A stretch of 64,000 nt of DNA from Eledone cirrhosa. Lineage: Eukaryota. The stretch spans positions 325,314,001 through 325,378,000 of the forward strand of contig OZ024743.1 of NCBI GenBank assembly GCA_964016885.1, written 5' to 3'. The translations under genes were made by a program, and so were the position numbers. Positions within the stretch are counted from its first letter, which is position 1, and every line of letters begins with the position of its first letter. Below are positions 41,275-52,390 of this stretch, one piece after another. The notes beneath the pieces are model-generated. The model searched no databases, was not told where the DNA came from, and worked only from the letters and a program-made list of their open reading frames with translations.

Positions 41275-42000
41275 GTGACGTTCGAGACATTTTAAGGGAG
41301 TTAGGCCAACGACAACGAAGTTCTTGTCTCTGTTGACGGCTCACCTTACCGACGTATCAAGTAATGGCCGGGAATGCGCTTGGTTATTTCTGTGTCTTAG
41401 CCTCGCTATCACACATGGAAATGCTGCAAGTGTGTTGGCTTGTCTAAAAATTGTTAGAGGGTATCTCCAGCGGGCGGTTGTTGACGAGTTCGGCCTGCAC
41501 CCTCTGTCTTGCCGCCAGAGCGCAGGCCGGTTCACCCGACATGCCGCTCTCAACGACATATTGAGAAGAAGCTTGGACGCAGCTGGCTTTCCGTCTCAAC
41601 AGGAGACAGCAGGCCTAGACCGTGGAGATGATAAGCGCTCCGACGGAATCAGCCCCTTCCCATTCGAAGGAGGTAGATCCCTTATCTGGGACGCCACCTG
41701 CTCCGCCTCCAACTTAGTAGCTTCGGCCACAAACCCCGGAATCGCCGCCCGCCTCGTAGAAGAACGTAAAATAAACAAATACCGGGGTTTGTCCGGCCGC
41801 TTCCTCTTCGCACCGGTGGCCGTCGAAACCTCAGGCGTACTTGGACCCCGTACTGCCGAGCCCCTCCGCGTAGGCATCCCGTCTGAGGAGGGAGTCCCAC
41901 CATCATCCGGGGGAATGCTTTTGCCGTCTTGTCAACGAGGCGTAGCACTTCTGCCCTCTTGCTCTAGGCCCAAAGCCAATCACCCTCCCCCGCCCCCTCT
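41275..42000 (+). mobile_element. Two fused CRE-clade RLE fragments (family 1 end, then family 2 zinc knuckle + PD-(D/E)xK region)
   Basis: WLFLCLSLAITHGNAASVL, then HPLSC...RH..LND, KRSDG, IWDATC, KYRGL...FAPVAVETSGVLGP. Confidence 0.8.
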
Positions 42001-42716
42001 CATCTGCGACACCAGAGCTCTTTCCACCCTCCCCTTCCCGATATTTTTCTTCTTTCTCTTCTCTTTTATTTTCAGATTTTTTTGTTTTATATTTACCTAT
42101 TCTTTCTTTCCTTTTGTTTCCCCTTCTTTTTTATTATTTCTATATTGGAAATAAACATTTAACCCCTTTGTTACCAAACGCCTGAAACTGCCCCTCAGTC
42201 TATAACACAACATTTTTTCTGTTCGTATGGTTGTCAATCTGGAATCGATTAATTACAGGAAACTGATTGAGTGAACCCCTAACTTTAAACATTAACCCTA
42301 CTTTGGAATAAATTAGTTTGGATTATATTATTGACTTATTCACATTAATTTATCAGGAAAGGGGGGGGGGGGGGTTATTCTGTAGAAACATCCATTTTCT
42401 CCACACTGTTTTCTGCAAGTTTTCCCAATTTAGACAATAAGAAAAAATATTAAATGTAAAGTGAATAATAGTTGTGATTTTTTGAACGGCATAAAAAGAC
42501 TCTTAGTTTTATTATAAGAATATACATAGAAATTTCATGTTATATTTTATTAAAACCCTTCGTTTTATATATCACTTGCATATAAGTATTTACCTAAGAT
42601 TAAAATTCTAGGCAAATTCCTATAATCTTTCTACATTAAAGGGAAATTAAAAATCGGATATACCGGATGTTTTGTTTAAACAATTCGTATCTGCACGAAC
42701 ATTTATATATATGTAT

Positions 42717-42890
42717 ATGTGGGAGCCCCTACATGGACACACTGGAAGAGGAAGACCAAGGTTAACGTATGTTGATGCCCTAAGGAGAGACACTGGTCTG
42801 TTGGAGACGCAGGACATGGCAGCGATAATGAGGGACAGAGACCGCGGGAGAGAACTCGTCCATGGATCTCGGGAATTTTACCCGCCCTAG
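42717..42890 (+). mobile_element. RTE-like LINE extreme 3' fragment
   Basis: WEPLHGHTGRGRPRLTYVDALRRDTG...MRDR is a typical RTE C-terminus. Confidence 0.7.
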
Positions 42891-42900
42891 ATAGATAGAT

Positions 42901-43682
42901 TTCTTTATTAGCCACAAGGGCGCAACAAGAAAAGGGGACAATACAAAGACATGCCGGGGATTTTACATACAGTCGTGTAAAAAATATAAAAACAAACAAT
43001 TTCAACAATCGAAATCCCCAACAGGGGGGAGGCGCCACAAATGGGTTGTTTAATACCCCGTCGATAGAACAACCCTCAACTCCAGGAGCATGTTGTGCAA
43101 GTGCTCCTTTCTTCCTTTTGCTCTCTTCCTCAACCTACAGGCTTATAAACAGAGAAGGCCCAATCACTCGGGCCATTTTCGCTTCATTCACCCACCTTTC
43201 AGTAAATTTACTAGGGTGCAGTGCCTCTCTCTCCGCCCTGATTCTCCTTCTAAAGTGATACTTAAAGAAGGGAATCAATTGTTGTCCGGAGAGAAAGGCA
43301 TCTGTCCTCAGTCCTCTCAGCCTCGTCCACCATATAACTTCTTTCACCATAGCCACCGTACAGAGGAAAACCGCCTCTCTTTCGTTTTTGAAAGAGTCTG
43401 GCGGTTTGATCCTTACTATGGACTCGGCAGTCAACTGGATTTGTCCCATACGCGACAGCAGTTGTTCTGCATAGTTCCACAGGTCGCTTACGCCCGGGCA
43501 GTGTACAATTGCGTGCAGAACTGTTTCAATGTCCTGCGCACATCTTGGACACGTCCTCTTGGAAGGATCCCTGCCAGGGCGTCCGTGCCTGTAGATCTTG
43601 TCACGAACCGGTAGAGCTCCTCGGTAGCACTGCCAGGCCAGGGACCTCTGGAAGTTGTCCATAGGTCCCGGGCGGAAAGTCC
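42901..43682 (-). mobile_element. L1/Tx1-like LINE 3' fragment with CCHC zinc knuckle
   Basis: WQCYRGALPVRD...CPRCAQDIETVLHAIVHCP; AATAAA near the 3' end; TAGATAGAT on both flanks. Confidence 0.8.
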
Positions 43683-44134
43683 TTAGATAGATATGTGTGT
43701 CTGTATTTGTATATACGTGAGTGCGTCTGTATTTGCACGAACATATGTGGAGAAATAGGTTTAAAAACCATCAATTTGCATTCGCGAATCTTATATTTCT
43801 TGCGTTAATTAAATTTATAGTTGCAGTTAACTACATGTATCTATATAATTTTATTTATATTATATTATATTAGTTAGCTTACATGTAGGTAGCATTATTT
43901 ATTTAATTAGTCACTTCGCTTTCATTTTCATCAGATTTTTACTGTCATTTTAATATAGAAGGCTTCTAGGACTTTACCAATAAATATGCATGTCTGGCAA
44001 TTTTTTTAATTTAAAAAAAAATGAACTAAAATGTCAACAGGCCGAACAAGAAGGGTTCGCTATCACTACTCTATACCTGTCCCATAAATTTTCTATTCTT
44101 TCTTTTTAACCAAGGGGGGAGGGGAGGGTGACAC

Positions 44135-44300
44135 CATCGCTAGGGAGTCGGGCAAAATGCTTCGCAATGTTTAGTTACGGTTCTTTACACTCTGAATTCA
44201 GATCCTGTTGAGGTCGATTTTGGTGTTTCATCCTTCCAAGATCGATAAAATAAAGTACCAGTCATGTATCAGTGACGATATAATCAACTTTCCCTATATT
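44135..44300 (+). mobile_element. Older tRNA-derived SINE copy
   Basis: GGGCAAAATGCTT...TTCATCCTTCCAAGATCGATAAAATAAAGTACCAG. Confidence 0.7.
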
Positions 44301-44560
44301 TCTGGCCTGAGTAAATATTGACGCCTAACATAGGGAGTCTATATTTACTCGGGTAAAAATTGTGCTTTAGAACCAGGCATATTTAAGATTTGTAAAATAA
44401 AGAAAAAAAATCTATTGAAACATATAGATACAGATTATTCTGGCCAATGATGTGCAGTATGATGACCTTCCAACCTCTAAAAACCCAAACGGGGAGTACC
44501 ATGAAAAAAAGGGCCCCCAAACAGAGAGAAAAGAAGCAAAATGGGGAGATTTTACATAAT

Positions 44561-44744
44561 TGTTTCTACTTTAGGCACAAGGCCAGCAATCATCCAGTGC
44601 ATTACTGGTACTTTATTTTATCGACCCCGTAAGGATGAAAGGCAAAGTCAACCTCGGCGGGATTTGAACTCAGATCTTAAAGGGACGTAACTATGCTGGA
44701 AAGCATGGCGTCCGACTCTCTACCGATACTGCCAATCCACCGCC
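44561..44744 (-). mobile_element. Full-length tRNA-derived SINE with an 18-bp target-site duplication
   Basis: GGGGAGATTTTACATAAT at 44543-44560 and 44745-44762; intact A and B boxes. Confidence 0.95.
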
Positions 44745-45859
44745 GGGGAGATTTTACATAATGGAAGCTATACTCATTTTCACAAGAGAAAACATCTCTT
44801 TTCCACCCAAAAGTGAGTGGGAGATCTCGTCGGACGGAGAGTGTTGACAGGTCTGTGTATGATATTGTTCGAACAACACCATACAATACCTTTTCAAATG
44901 GTCACTCACGAATACCCCCCCCCCTTCCCTAGTAAAATAAGAATATGAAGACTAGGACGTGAAGGTTTGAACAACATCAAGGAATGGTTGTGAGGAATAT
45001 CAAGGAATGGTGGAAAACATGAGATTGACTAGTGATTGGAAAGAATGGATGGAAAAACTTGTGTTCAAACAACACATGTTCAACTATTAAAACAAAAACA
45101 AATATGGAAATATTATTTTTAAAAATGGGAAGAACAGACTCACCAGTAGAAAGTGACGTTGAGATGATGTAACATTTTTTTCACAATTCAGGATTGATCT
45201 GTCTACACAGATACCTAGAAGAAAGATATTTTCTATAAATGAAAGAAAACCCAATTACTCGGAATGAAGCTTAAAAGGGTTGCGTTTAAGCGAATCGCTA
45301 AGGCATCTGACTATTGGCTGAGAGCTTAACAAATCATATCCAAACATCTCCGTAGTACACCAATGAGGTTACAGTTACCTTTACAACGAGTTCCATTTAG
45401 CTGTAATTTGGTGTCATGACGAAATAGCAAAATAGTAACTAATGGAATCCAATGGAAAACAGACAATCCAACTGAAATGAAATAGAAGACGCTCAAAGAA
45501 GTTGGTGAGTTTGAATATTTAGGAAGAACGACAACGGAATATGTGAGAGCAAAGAAAGAATTAAAATACCAGACTGCAACAGTCTACGTGGTTTTAGTAA
45601 AATTAGATTAGGTTCGGGAAAATAAAAATAACAATAACCACAAAATTTCTTTTTTTTTAAAAAGTATTTTAAGGGTAATTTCAACTAGCTTTTATAATGG
45701 ACGTTAAATGCTGTAAGTTATGAATGAAATGTTATAGAGAAAATAAACAAAACATCGAAATAACTAGTTTTAGGAAAGAAAATTGTTAGAAACACTAGGA
45801 ACCACGAAACGTTTCTGTCAGTTGTTCTTCCGAGCGTTATTTCTGCTACACGACAATAA

Positions 45860-46340
45860 AATATATCACAAACATATTTCAATTGGTTCACAATTCTTTC
45901 AGAATGAAAATATAAACACATATGATAAATACAATTAACTATTGTTAGGAACCTTACAAATACAACGCACCTACTTATATGATCAACGCGAGTGAAAGAA
46001 AAAAAACAAAAACAACCATCAATTCACCACCAAGTGCTACAATCGGCCCACATCACAAGAGTCAATGGAAATTTTTTTTTTTGGGGGGGGGGAGCCAATA
46101 CGCTCGCAGCATTACCATGGGTGATGGCGAGGCTAAGGTGCTGAAACAGCCAGGCACCTTCACGAGCATCATCTGACATCTCGGTAAGGCGAGCCGCCAA
46201 CAATGACAAGAACATCACTGTCAGCGGCCCAGCTCCACCAAACGTCTTGAACGCCACAGGCTGAAAAACATAATTGTTTGATAGTTCCCGGTATTTGGGT
46301 GTTTTATTCCGTTCGGCAAATGAAGCAGTGACTCTCACAT
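45860..46340 (-). mobile_element. CRE RLE 3' fragment (family 1) with AT-rich 3' UTR
   Basis: KYRELSNNYVFQPVAFKTFG...GNAASVL. The block CAATTCTTTCAGAATGAAAATATAAAC is shared with ~37735 and ~46855. Confidence 0.8.
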
Positions 46341-46611
46341 TTCAGTTAGTATTCAGGATCGCCTTTTTAGGCCAATTATTTCCCAACCTACTGGGGAAAG
46401 GGGTATACTATCTCCTGGCGTTTTTCTTGTGACAGGAGGCGGGATTTCAACTTCGAACCCATACAGCTGGACAACATACTACAAAACATACAACCCTAGT
46501 CTTTAACGATTCCGCCAATCCACCGCCCCTATAGATTTTGAAAGGTTGACATCGGTGAGAACTAATCCACGCGTTTTCACCCTCATTATTATATTTATTC
46601 TGGTGGATAAA

Positions 46612-46797
46612 GGCGGTGGATTGGCAGTATCGGTAGAGGATCGGACGCTTTCCAGCATAGTTACGTCCCTTACAGATCTTAGTTCAAATCCCGCCGAGGT
46701 TGACTTTGCTTTTCATCCTTACGGGGTCGATAAAATAAAGTACCAGTAATGCACTGAGTAATTGCTGGCTTTGTGCCAAAAAGTAGAAACAATTATT
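46612..46797 (+). mobile_element. tRNA-derived SINE
   Basis: Near-identical to the reverse complement of 44561-44744. Confidence 0.92.
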
Positions 46798-47154
46798 ATA
46801 TATAAAAAAATGTATTTGCTTTAAATATATACATAATTAACACTACAAATTGCTCACAATTCTTTTAGAATAAAAATATAAACACATATAAAAAATACAA
46901 TTAACTATTGCTCGGAACCTCACAAATACAACGCACCAAAATATATGACCAGAGCTAGTCCTCTAACACTTTGGCCATTCGGCTTTTCTGTCTACTGACC
47001 CGAATAAAATGTTATTTATCAATAAACATGTAATTTTTAAATTCTTCAACATATTTTCCCTTTTTTTTAAAGACAGTTGCACAACTTCAATCTTACATCA
47101 ACACCTTACAAACCTAGAACCATAACCGAAAGGAATAAAATATTAAATTACCTG

Positions 47155-47375
47155 GAATTGTCGGCAAACTATTTTTTTCCAGCCTGTGGCTTTTGAGACG
47201 TTTCAAGGAGTTGGGCCGCTCGCAATGAAGTCCTTGTCATCGTTGGTGGCTCGCCTTACCGAGATATCAGATGATGCCCGTGAAGGCTATTGGTTGTTCC
47301 AGCACCTTAGCCTCACTATCAGCCGCGGTAACGCTGCCAGTAGTTGGTTTACCTCAAAAAGTATTAGAGGGAGGC
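47155..47375 (+). mobile_element. CRE RLE 3' fragment (family 1)
   Basis: AFETFQGVGPL...WLFQHLSLTISRGNAAS. Confidence 0.8.
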
Positions 47376-47638
47376 TGCCAAATCTACTTCCGTTACTATT
47401 TATTATTGTATCTAATTCAGAAGCATAAAACATTTCTTTTTAAAATAGAGACTTGGAACAAACACCGCAAAGCATTTTATCCAACTATTTAACAACTCTA
47501 TCACTTTCCTGCTATACTATATATACAAAACAATAATACTTGGAGTCAACGAGGGCTTCTACGTGGCCACATGACTTGCTAAAAATAGCACTGAAATTTA
47601 CCTGAAATGATACCATACTTTATATATATAGGGTGCGT

Positions 47639-47680
47639 GGCTCTGATGAACGCCAAGCAGCGTGAAACAGACTGTCAGCT
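47639..47680 (+). ncRNA. Minimal type I hammerhead ribozyme
   Basis: GGCT-CTGATGA-ACGC/caagca/GCGT-GAA-ACAG/a/CTGT-C|AGCT; GUC cleavage predicted after 47676. Confidence 0.8.
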
Positions 47681-47817
47681 TCTCTCCCTTCTTTCGCCGA
47701 AAAGAAGTAAGTGACATAGTCACTACTTTAAAACTGATAGCGTATGGTCTTCTAAATGTTTCTAATTAAACATACGGTGTATTGCCAAATATACTATACA
47801 AACATTCATATATATAT

Positions 47818-47878
<61 letters not shown>

Positions 47879-47879
47879 G

Positions 47880-48100
47880 TTTTCTTTATTAACCACAAGG
47901 GTTTACATAAAGTAGACATTAAGAACAGTACAGGACAATACAGGACGGTACAAATGGGCATTTCTGCGTGTAAAAAAAACAGAGGATGTAATAAAATAAC
48001 AAAGAAAAATTCCCCAATAGGGGGGAGACTTCCGAGGGACATTTGTGGAGAAAGCCCATTAATAAATGCGAAGGCTAAAATCCAAAGAGGGTTCGATAAG
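47880..48100 (-). mobile_element. LINE 3' UTR related to the 42901 element, next to (AAT)n
   Basis: TTCTTTATTA(A/G)CCACAAGGG terminus shared with 42901. Confidence 0.55.
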
Positions 48101-48772
48101 GATAAATATATATCAAATATATAAGAACCCTAGAGCAAATATTTATTAAAATATATACGCATTCATGCGTGTATATTTATATATGTATATATATATTATA
48201 TGTATACACACACACACACACATATATTTTTATGTGTATTTGGTGTATACGTTCGTATGTGTCCGGGTATATGTATCGTGCCGGTTTACGTACGTGTGCG
48301 TGTGTTTATGTGTACATGCATGGTGTGTGTTTTGCGTATGCAACGTGTATGTACGTATTTAGATGTGCGTATGTATATATTTAATTATTATTACTTTTAT
48401 GATTTTAATGGGTTCCTAATTATACCATAAACGTCGTTTTGTCTTTGTGCGTAATTGTTCTCACGTTCCGCATAACGGCGTATTACCTTCGCTTTTTTCC
48501 GTTCATTGCCAGGGAACGACTTCACGAACCAAAGTATCGTCTTCCTGTTTTCCTTCGGTTGCAACGTTTTTCGAAATATTTACTTCTGCATTCACAGATT
48601 AATTTTTTTTAGTTTCAGAAGATCCCGTTAAGGGTGAAAGCAGCGATTCTTTGCTTAAACTTTAATCTGTTATTTTAATAAATAAATATATATATATCAC
48701 TAATATTCAAACAGAACTTAAAACGATAAGTTCTTGTTTTTGGATATGTCACTATCTATAAAACAATTTTTG

Positions 48773-48834
48773 TATTTTATCTGATGAGGGCGTACCAAAA
48801 ATGTTGGTACCCTTGAAATATATATAATAAAATA
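48773..48834 (+). ncRNA. Minimal type I hammerhead ribozyme
   Basis: TATTTTAT-CTGATGA-[GGGcGTACCAA..TTGGTACCCTT]-GAA-ATATATAT-A|ATAAAATA; palindromic stem III; cleavage predicted after 48826. Confidence 0.8.
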
Positions 48835-49031
48835 AATATGGTTTTATAAAGATAGTTTCCATTTATTAATATTATTTATATTATACTCCAGAAGAAATAT
48901 TGTAGAGTGCTTCGAATCTGTTATAAATAAATCTGTTGAATAACCAACAAATTAAGTAACTCTTTGCTTATATATATATATATATATATATAGCAAATAA
49001 TTTATAAGAGATCAGTTATAAACATTTATGT

Positions 49032-50190
49032 TTGTCGGACTTCCACACCCTCAAAGAGAAATTTCCTTCCCATAATATCGGTTTATACCGTGATGACGGA
49101 TTGGCAGTTTCTCATACCACCAACGGCAATAACCTTGATAAATTCCGTAAAGATTTAATCAATACTTTTGCTAATCTTAACCTTAAAATCACTATAGATA
49201 CGAACCTTACCAATGCTAACTTTCTTGATATTAATCTTGATCTACTTACCGCCTCTTTTAAACCTTATCACAAACCTAATGAAAATCTTAGGTATATACA
49301 CAAAGAGTCTTTCCATCCCCCTATAGTTTTTAATAATCTTATTCCCAACATTAGCCGTAGGATTTATACCGTATCTTCGTCTATAGACATTTTTAATAAA
49401 GCCGCCCCTTATTATAATAAAGCCCTTAAAAACAGCGGTTTTACAGAACAAATTTATTATTTACCTAAACCCCCCCCCCCCCATAAAACTAACCACAATA
49501 ACAGGAAAAGGAAAATTATTTGGTTTACACCCCCCCTTCTCTCTAACTGTCAAAACTAATGTAGGAAGGAAATTCCTTGAACTCTTAGATAAACATTTTC
49601 CTCCTAATCATAGATATTATAAGATATTTAATAGGAATGTAGTTAAGATCAGTTACTCTTGTTGCCCATCTATGAAGTTCAAGATCACTAATTCAAATCA
49701 TACGAGAACAAATCCAGGATGCAGTTGCAGGAAGCTGGGTGAATGCCCATTGCAGGGCAAATGTAACACCAAATCTGTTGTGTATGAGGCTAAAGTAACA
49801 CCTTTAATCAACAACCAGCCAGCCAGGAGTGAGCGATATGTCGGCATGACCCAGGACAGGTTTAAAACCAGGTTTTATGCACATGTCGCTTCTTTTAAGC
49901 ACTCCGATAAACGAACAACAACGGCCCTCGCAAGTAAGGTGTGGGAATTCAAGGATAAAAACATCCCGTACTCTATCGATTGGTCTATTTTAGACCATTC
50001 GAGGGAGTACCAAAGGGGCACAAAGAATTGTTCTTTGTGTACCACAGAAAAATATAGGATTTTGCTAAACTTGAAAGCCACTTCTGCTTGCCTGAACTCA
50101 AAGACCGAGATCTTCAGATGTTGTCCTCATCTGAAATCACATCTGATCTGTAACTGGATTGACATTCCTATGATAACTCAACCACCTTGA
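49032..50190 (+). mobile_element. Penelope-like element (Naiad-like), 5'-truncated RT + GIY-YIG; one +1 frameshift in a C-run at ~49530
   Basis: GLYRDDGL, FLDINLDL, IIWFTPP, KISYSC, CSCRKLGECPLQGKC, VVY...YVGMT..RFKTRFYAH, CSLC. Confidence 0.9.
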
Positions 50191-50640
50191 ACTCCTTTCC
50201 TGCTCTTTACTTCTACTACGGTTTTTTTACCTGATGAATCCACGTTCTGTACTCTTGTATTCTCTTTCTCCCTTATCTCCCCTTATATTTAAACCTTTTC
50301 CTATGTCATTCCACCCCCTCTTTTCCCCCCCTATATTTTTGCCTTACCCTTCACATACCAAACATTTTTTTATTTTTAGATATTAATTTTTTAAATAATG
50401 GTTTTGTGTGTTTTTATATAATAGCCTCAGAAAAGGCTTGAGCTCTGCCGTAGGGTCAGACTTTTTCCTATGTGTGTGTGTATATATATATATATTTATA
50501 TATATGTATATATACGTAATTGTATGTGTGTTTGTATTTCTGTGGTTGGAGGTTTTTTTGTTTTTTTTTGTGTGTGTGTGTATGTATATGTAATAAATTA
50601 ATTTATTATTATTTTTTTCTCTCTATCTTCATACATAATT

Positions 50641-51050
50641 TCCCTTCGTTAATTTTCAAATTCCTTTAATTTATACATTATCTTCCAACGGTTCCCAACC
50701 TCTCTATATTAAAACAATATATCTTTTTCTCAGTTATAAAAACTATCTTTCTCTCTATCACCCATCTCTCCCTCTCCACCTTCACTCTCATCTCCTCCCC
50801 CCTTTTTTTCATCCTTTCCACCCCCACCCCCCTCCCTAAATAAAATATTTTTCCTCGCACATATCCTCCCTTCGTTAATTTTCAAAATTTTTAATTCATA
50901 CAGTATCTTCCAACGGTTTTCAACCTCTCTATGTAAAAAATATATCTCCTCTCAGTTATAAAAACTATCTCTTTCTCTCTATCACCCATCTCTCCCTCTC
51001 ATCTCCTCCCCTTTCATCCTCCCCCCCTCTCTAAATAAAATATTTTTCCC
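50641..51050. repeat. Tandem duplication of a ~225-bp pyrimidine-rich unit
   Basis: TCCCTTCGTTAATTTTCAAA...TAAATAAAATATTTTTCC begins at 50641 and again at ~50867. Confidence 0.85.
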
Positions 51051-51142
51051 AATATCACACATCAATCTAAAACCATTTTTCATATGTTGATTTAAAACTG
51101 CACTATCCACAAGTGTTTTTTAGCCTTCATATCATGTTCTCC

Positions 51143-51213
51143 TGTTTTATCTGATGAAAACACAAATATTATTGCTTGATGATGTTTGTTTTTGAAATGC
51201 GCATAATAAAATA
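51143..51213 (+). ncRNA. Minimal type I hammerhead ribozyme
   Basis: TGTTTTAT-CTGATGA-[AAACACAAATATTATT..GATGATGTTTGTTTTT]-GAA-ATGCGCAT-A|ATAAAATA; cleavage predicted after 51205. Confidence 0.8.
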
Positions 51214-51639
51214 TATGGAACTCCTTTAACCATCTTTTGATCTTATATTATATATATATATATATATATATATGAAAACCCGGAGTTAAAAACTCGCGTT
51301 AATACCCTGTAATTAGTGAGCTCAAAGTATAAGAACTGGGCTCTTTACAATATAATGTATAGAAATGAACACACAAAGAAGTGTGTTTTGAAAATAGAAA
51401 ATAGAGTATAAATATTACAAGGATTTTCTGTCCTCCGTTTAAGCTTTTACCGTTCTGATAGCAAGTGAAAAACTGTAAAAGCTTAACCAACTGGAAGAAG
51501 ATATGGACATTGAATGAATTACACAGTACAACAGAGAGAAGACGTGTACAATGAATTACACAGTATAAGGAATACTGGTGTTTCCCTCTAAAACTATTTT
51601 AGGTAATCCAAGACACCGACGGCATTACCGATGGTGACA

Positions 51640-51765
51640 GTGTAGCTAAGATACTGGAATAGCCAAGCACCCTCATGACTACCACCTAATATTTCATTTA
51701 GGCGGGTCGCCGATAATGACAAGTACCTCGTTATTAGAACGTCTCGAATGCACAGGATGAAAAAT
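51640..51765 (-). mobile_element. Degraded CRE RLE fragment (family 1)
   Basis: CTGGAATAGCCAAGCACCCTC...AACGTCTCGAA...ACAGGATGAAAAA resembles 38050-38178. Confidence 0.65.
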
Positions 51766-51951
51766 CTAGCTTACGCCAAATCATCAGACTTCCATACAAC
51801 ATTCCGTCCAATAAACCACTCCGTGTTGGAATAATGTACATTCAGGCTCTTAAGGCGATGTAAGCATGAACGATGAAGTGCTAGGGCCTATTTGTGATGA
51901 CGTTCGGTCATTTCACCAGTTATCCCCCTTCGTCATACACTGTTGTAGTGG

Positions 51952-52115
51952 ATGCAGCATGGTCAAATAGTTAAGAAGTTTGCTTCGCAATCATTAAATC
52001 CCGTGCTCGATACCATTGTCTACCATCTTGGACAATCGTCATTACCATTGTCTCGAGATGACCTGTGCCTTATGATTGAAATTGAGTGAAAAGAAATTGT
52101 TTGTAAACCTGTCAG
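51952..52115 (+). mobile_element. Diverged tRNA-derived SINE of a second family
   Basis: tRNA-like head GCATGGTCAAATAGTTAAGAAGTTTGCTTC...GCTCGATACC; resemblance recalled, not searched. Confidence 0.5.
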
Positions 52116-52184
52116 GTGGACTGTACCCATAATTCAAAGTGCCAACCGACAGATGTCCATTTCGTGTATTTGCAAGATAATACA

Positions 52185-52390
52185 TTTTCCAGCGTTCGAG
52201 ACGTTTGGGGAGGTCGGGTTACTAACAGCGAGGTTCTTATCTTCACTGGCGGCTCGCCTAACAGATGTAACCGGTGATGCTCGTGAGGGCGCTTGGTTGT
52301 TCCAGCACATCAACCTCGCCATCACCCGAGGTAAAGCTGCGAGCGTGCTGGCTTGCCTAAAAAATTATTAGAGAGGTTTCCAAGTGCTCC
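52185..52390 (+). mobile_element. CRE RLE 3' fragment (family 1)
   Basis: AFETFGEVG...GAWLFQHINLAITRGKAASVLACLK. Confidence 0.82.

Noticed and set aside
48165-48430. YI/CV-rich ORFs (also 54671-54900 and 58582-59049)
   Set aside because: Translations of (TA/CA/TG)n dinucleotide repeats.
50231-50270. CTGATGA as another hammerhead or a SECIS element
   Set aside because: No downstream GAAA or stems, and no in-frame TGA in the ORF.
51892-51940. C/D snoRNA (TGATGA) candidate
   Set aside because: Only a short inverted repeat (TGTGATGACG/CGTCATACA); no suitably placed D box.
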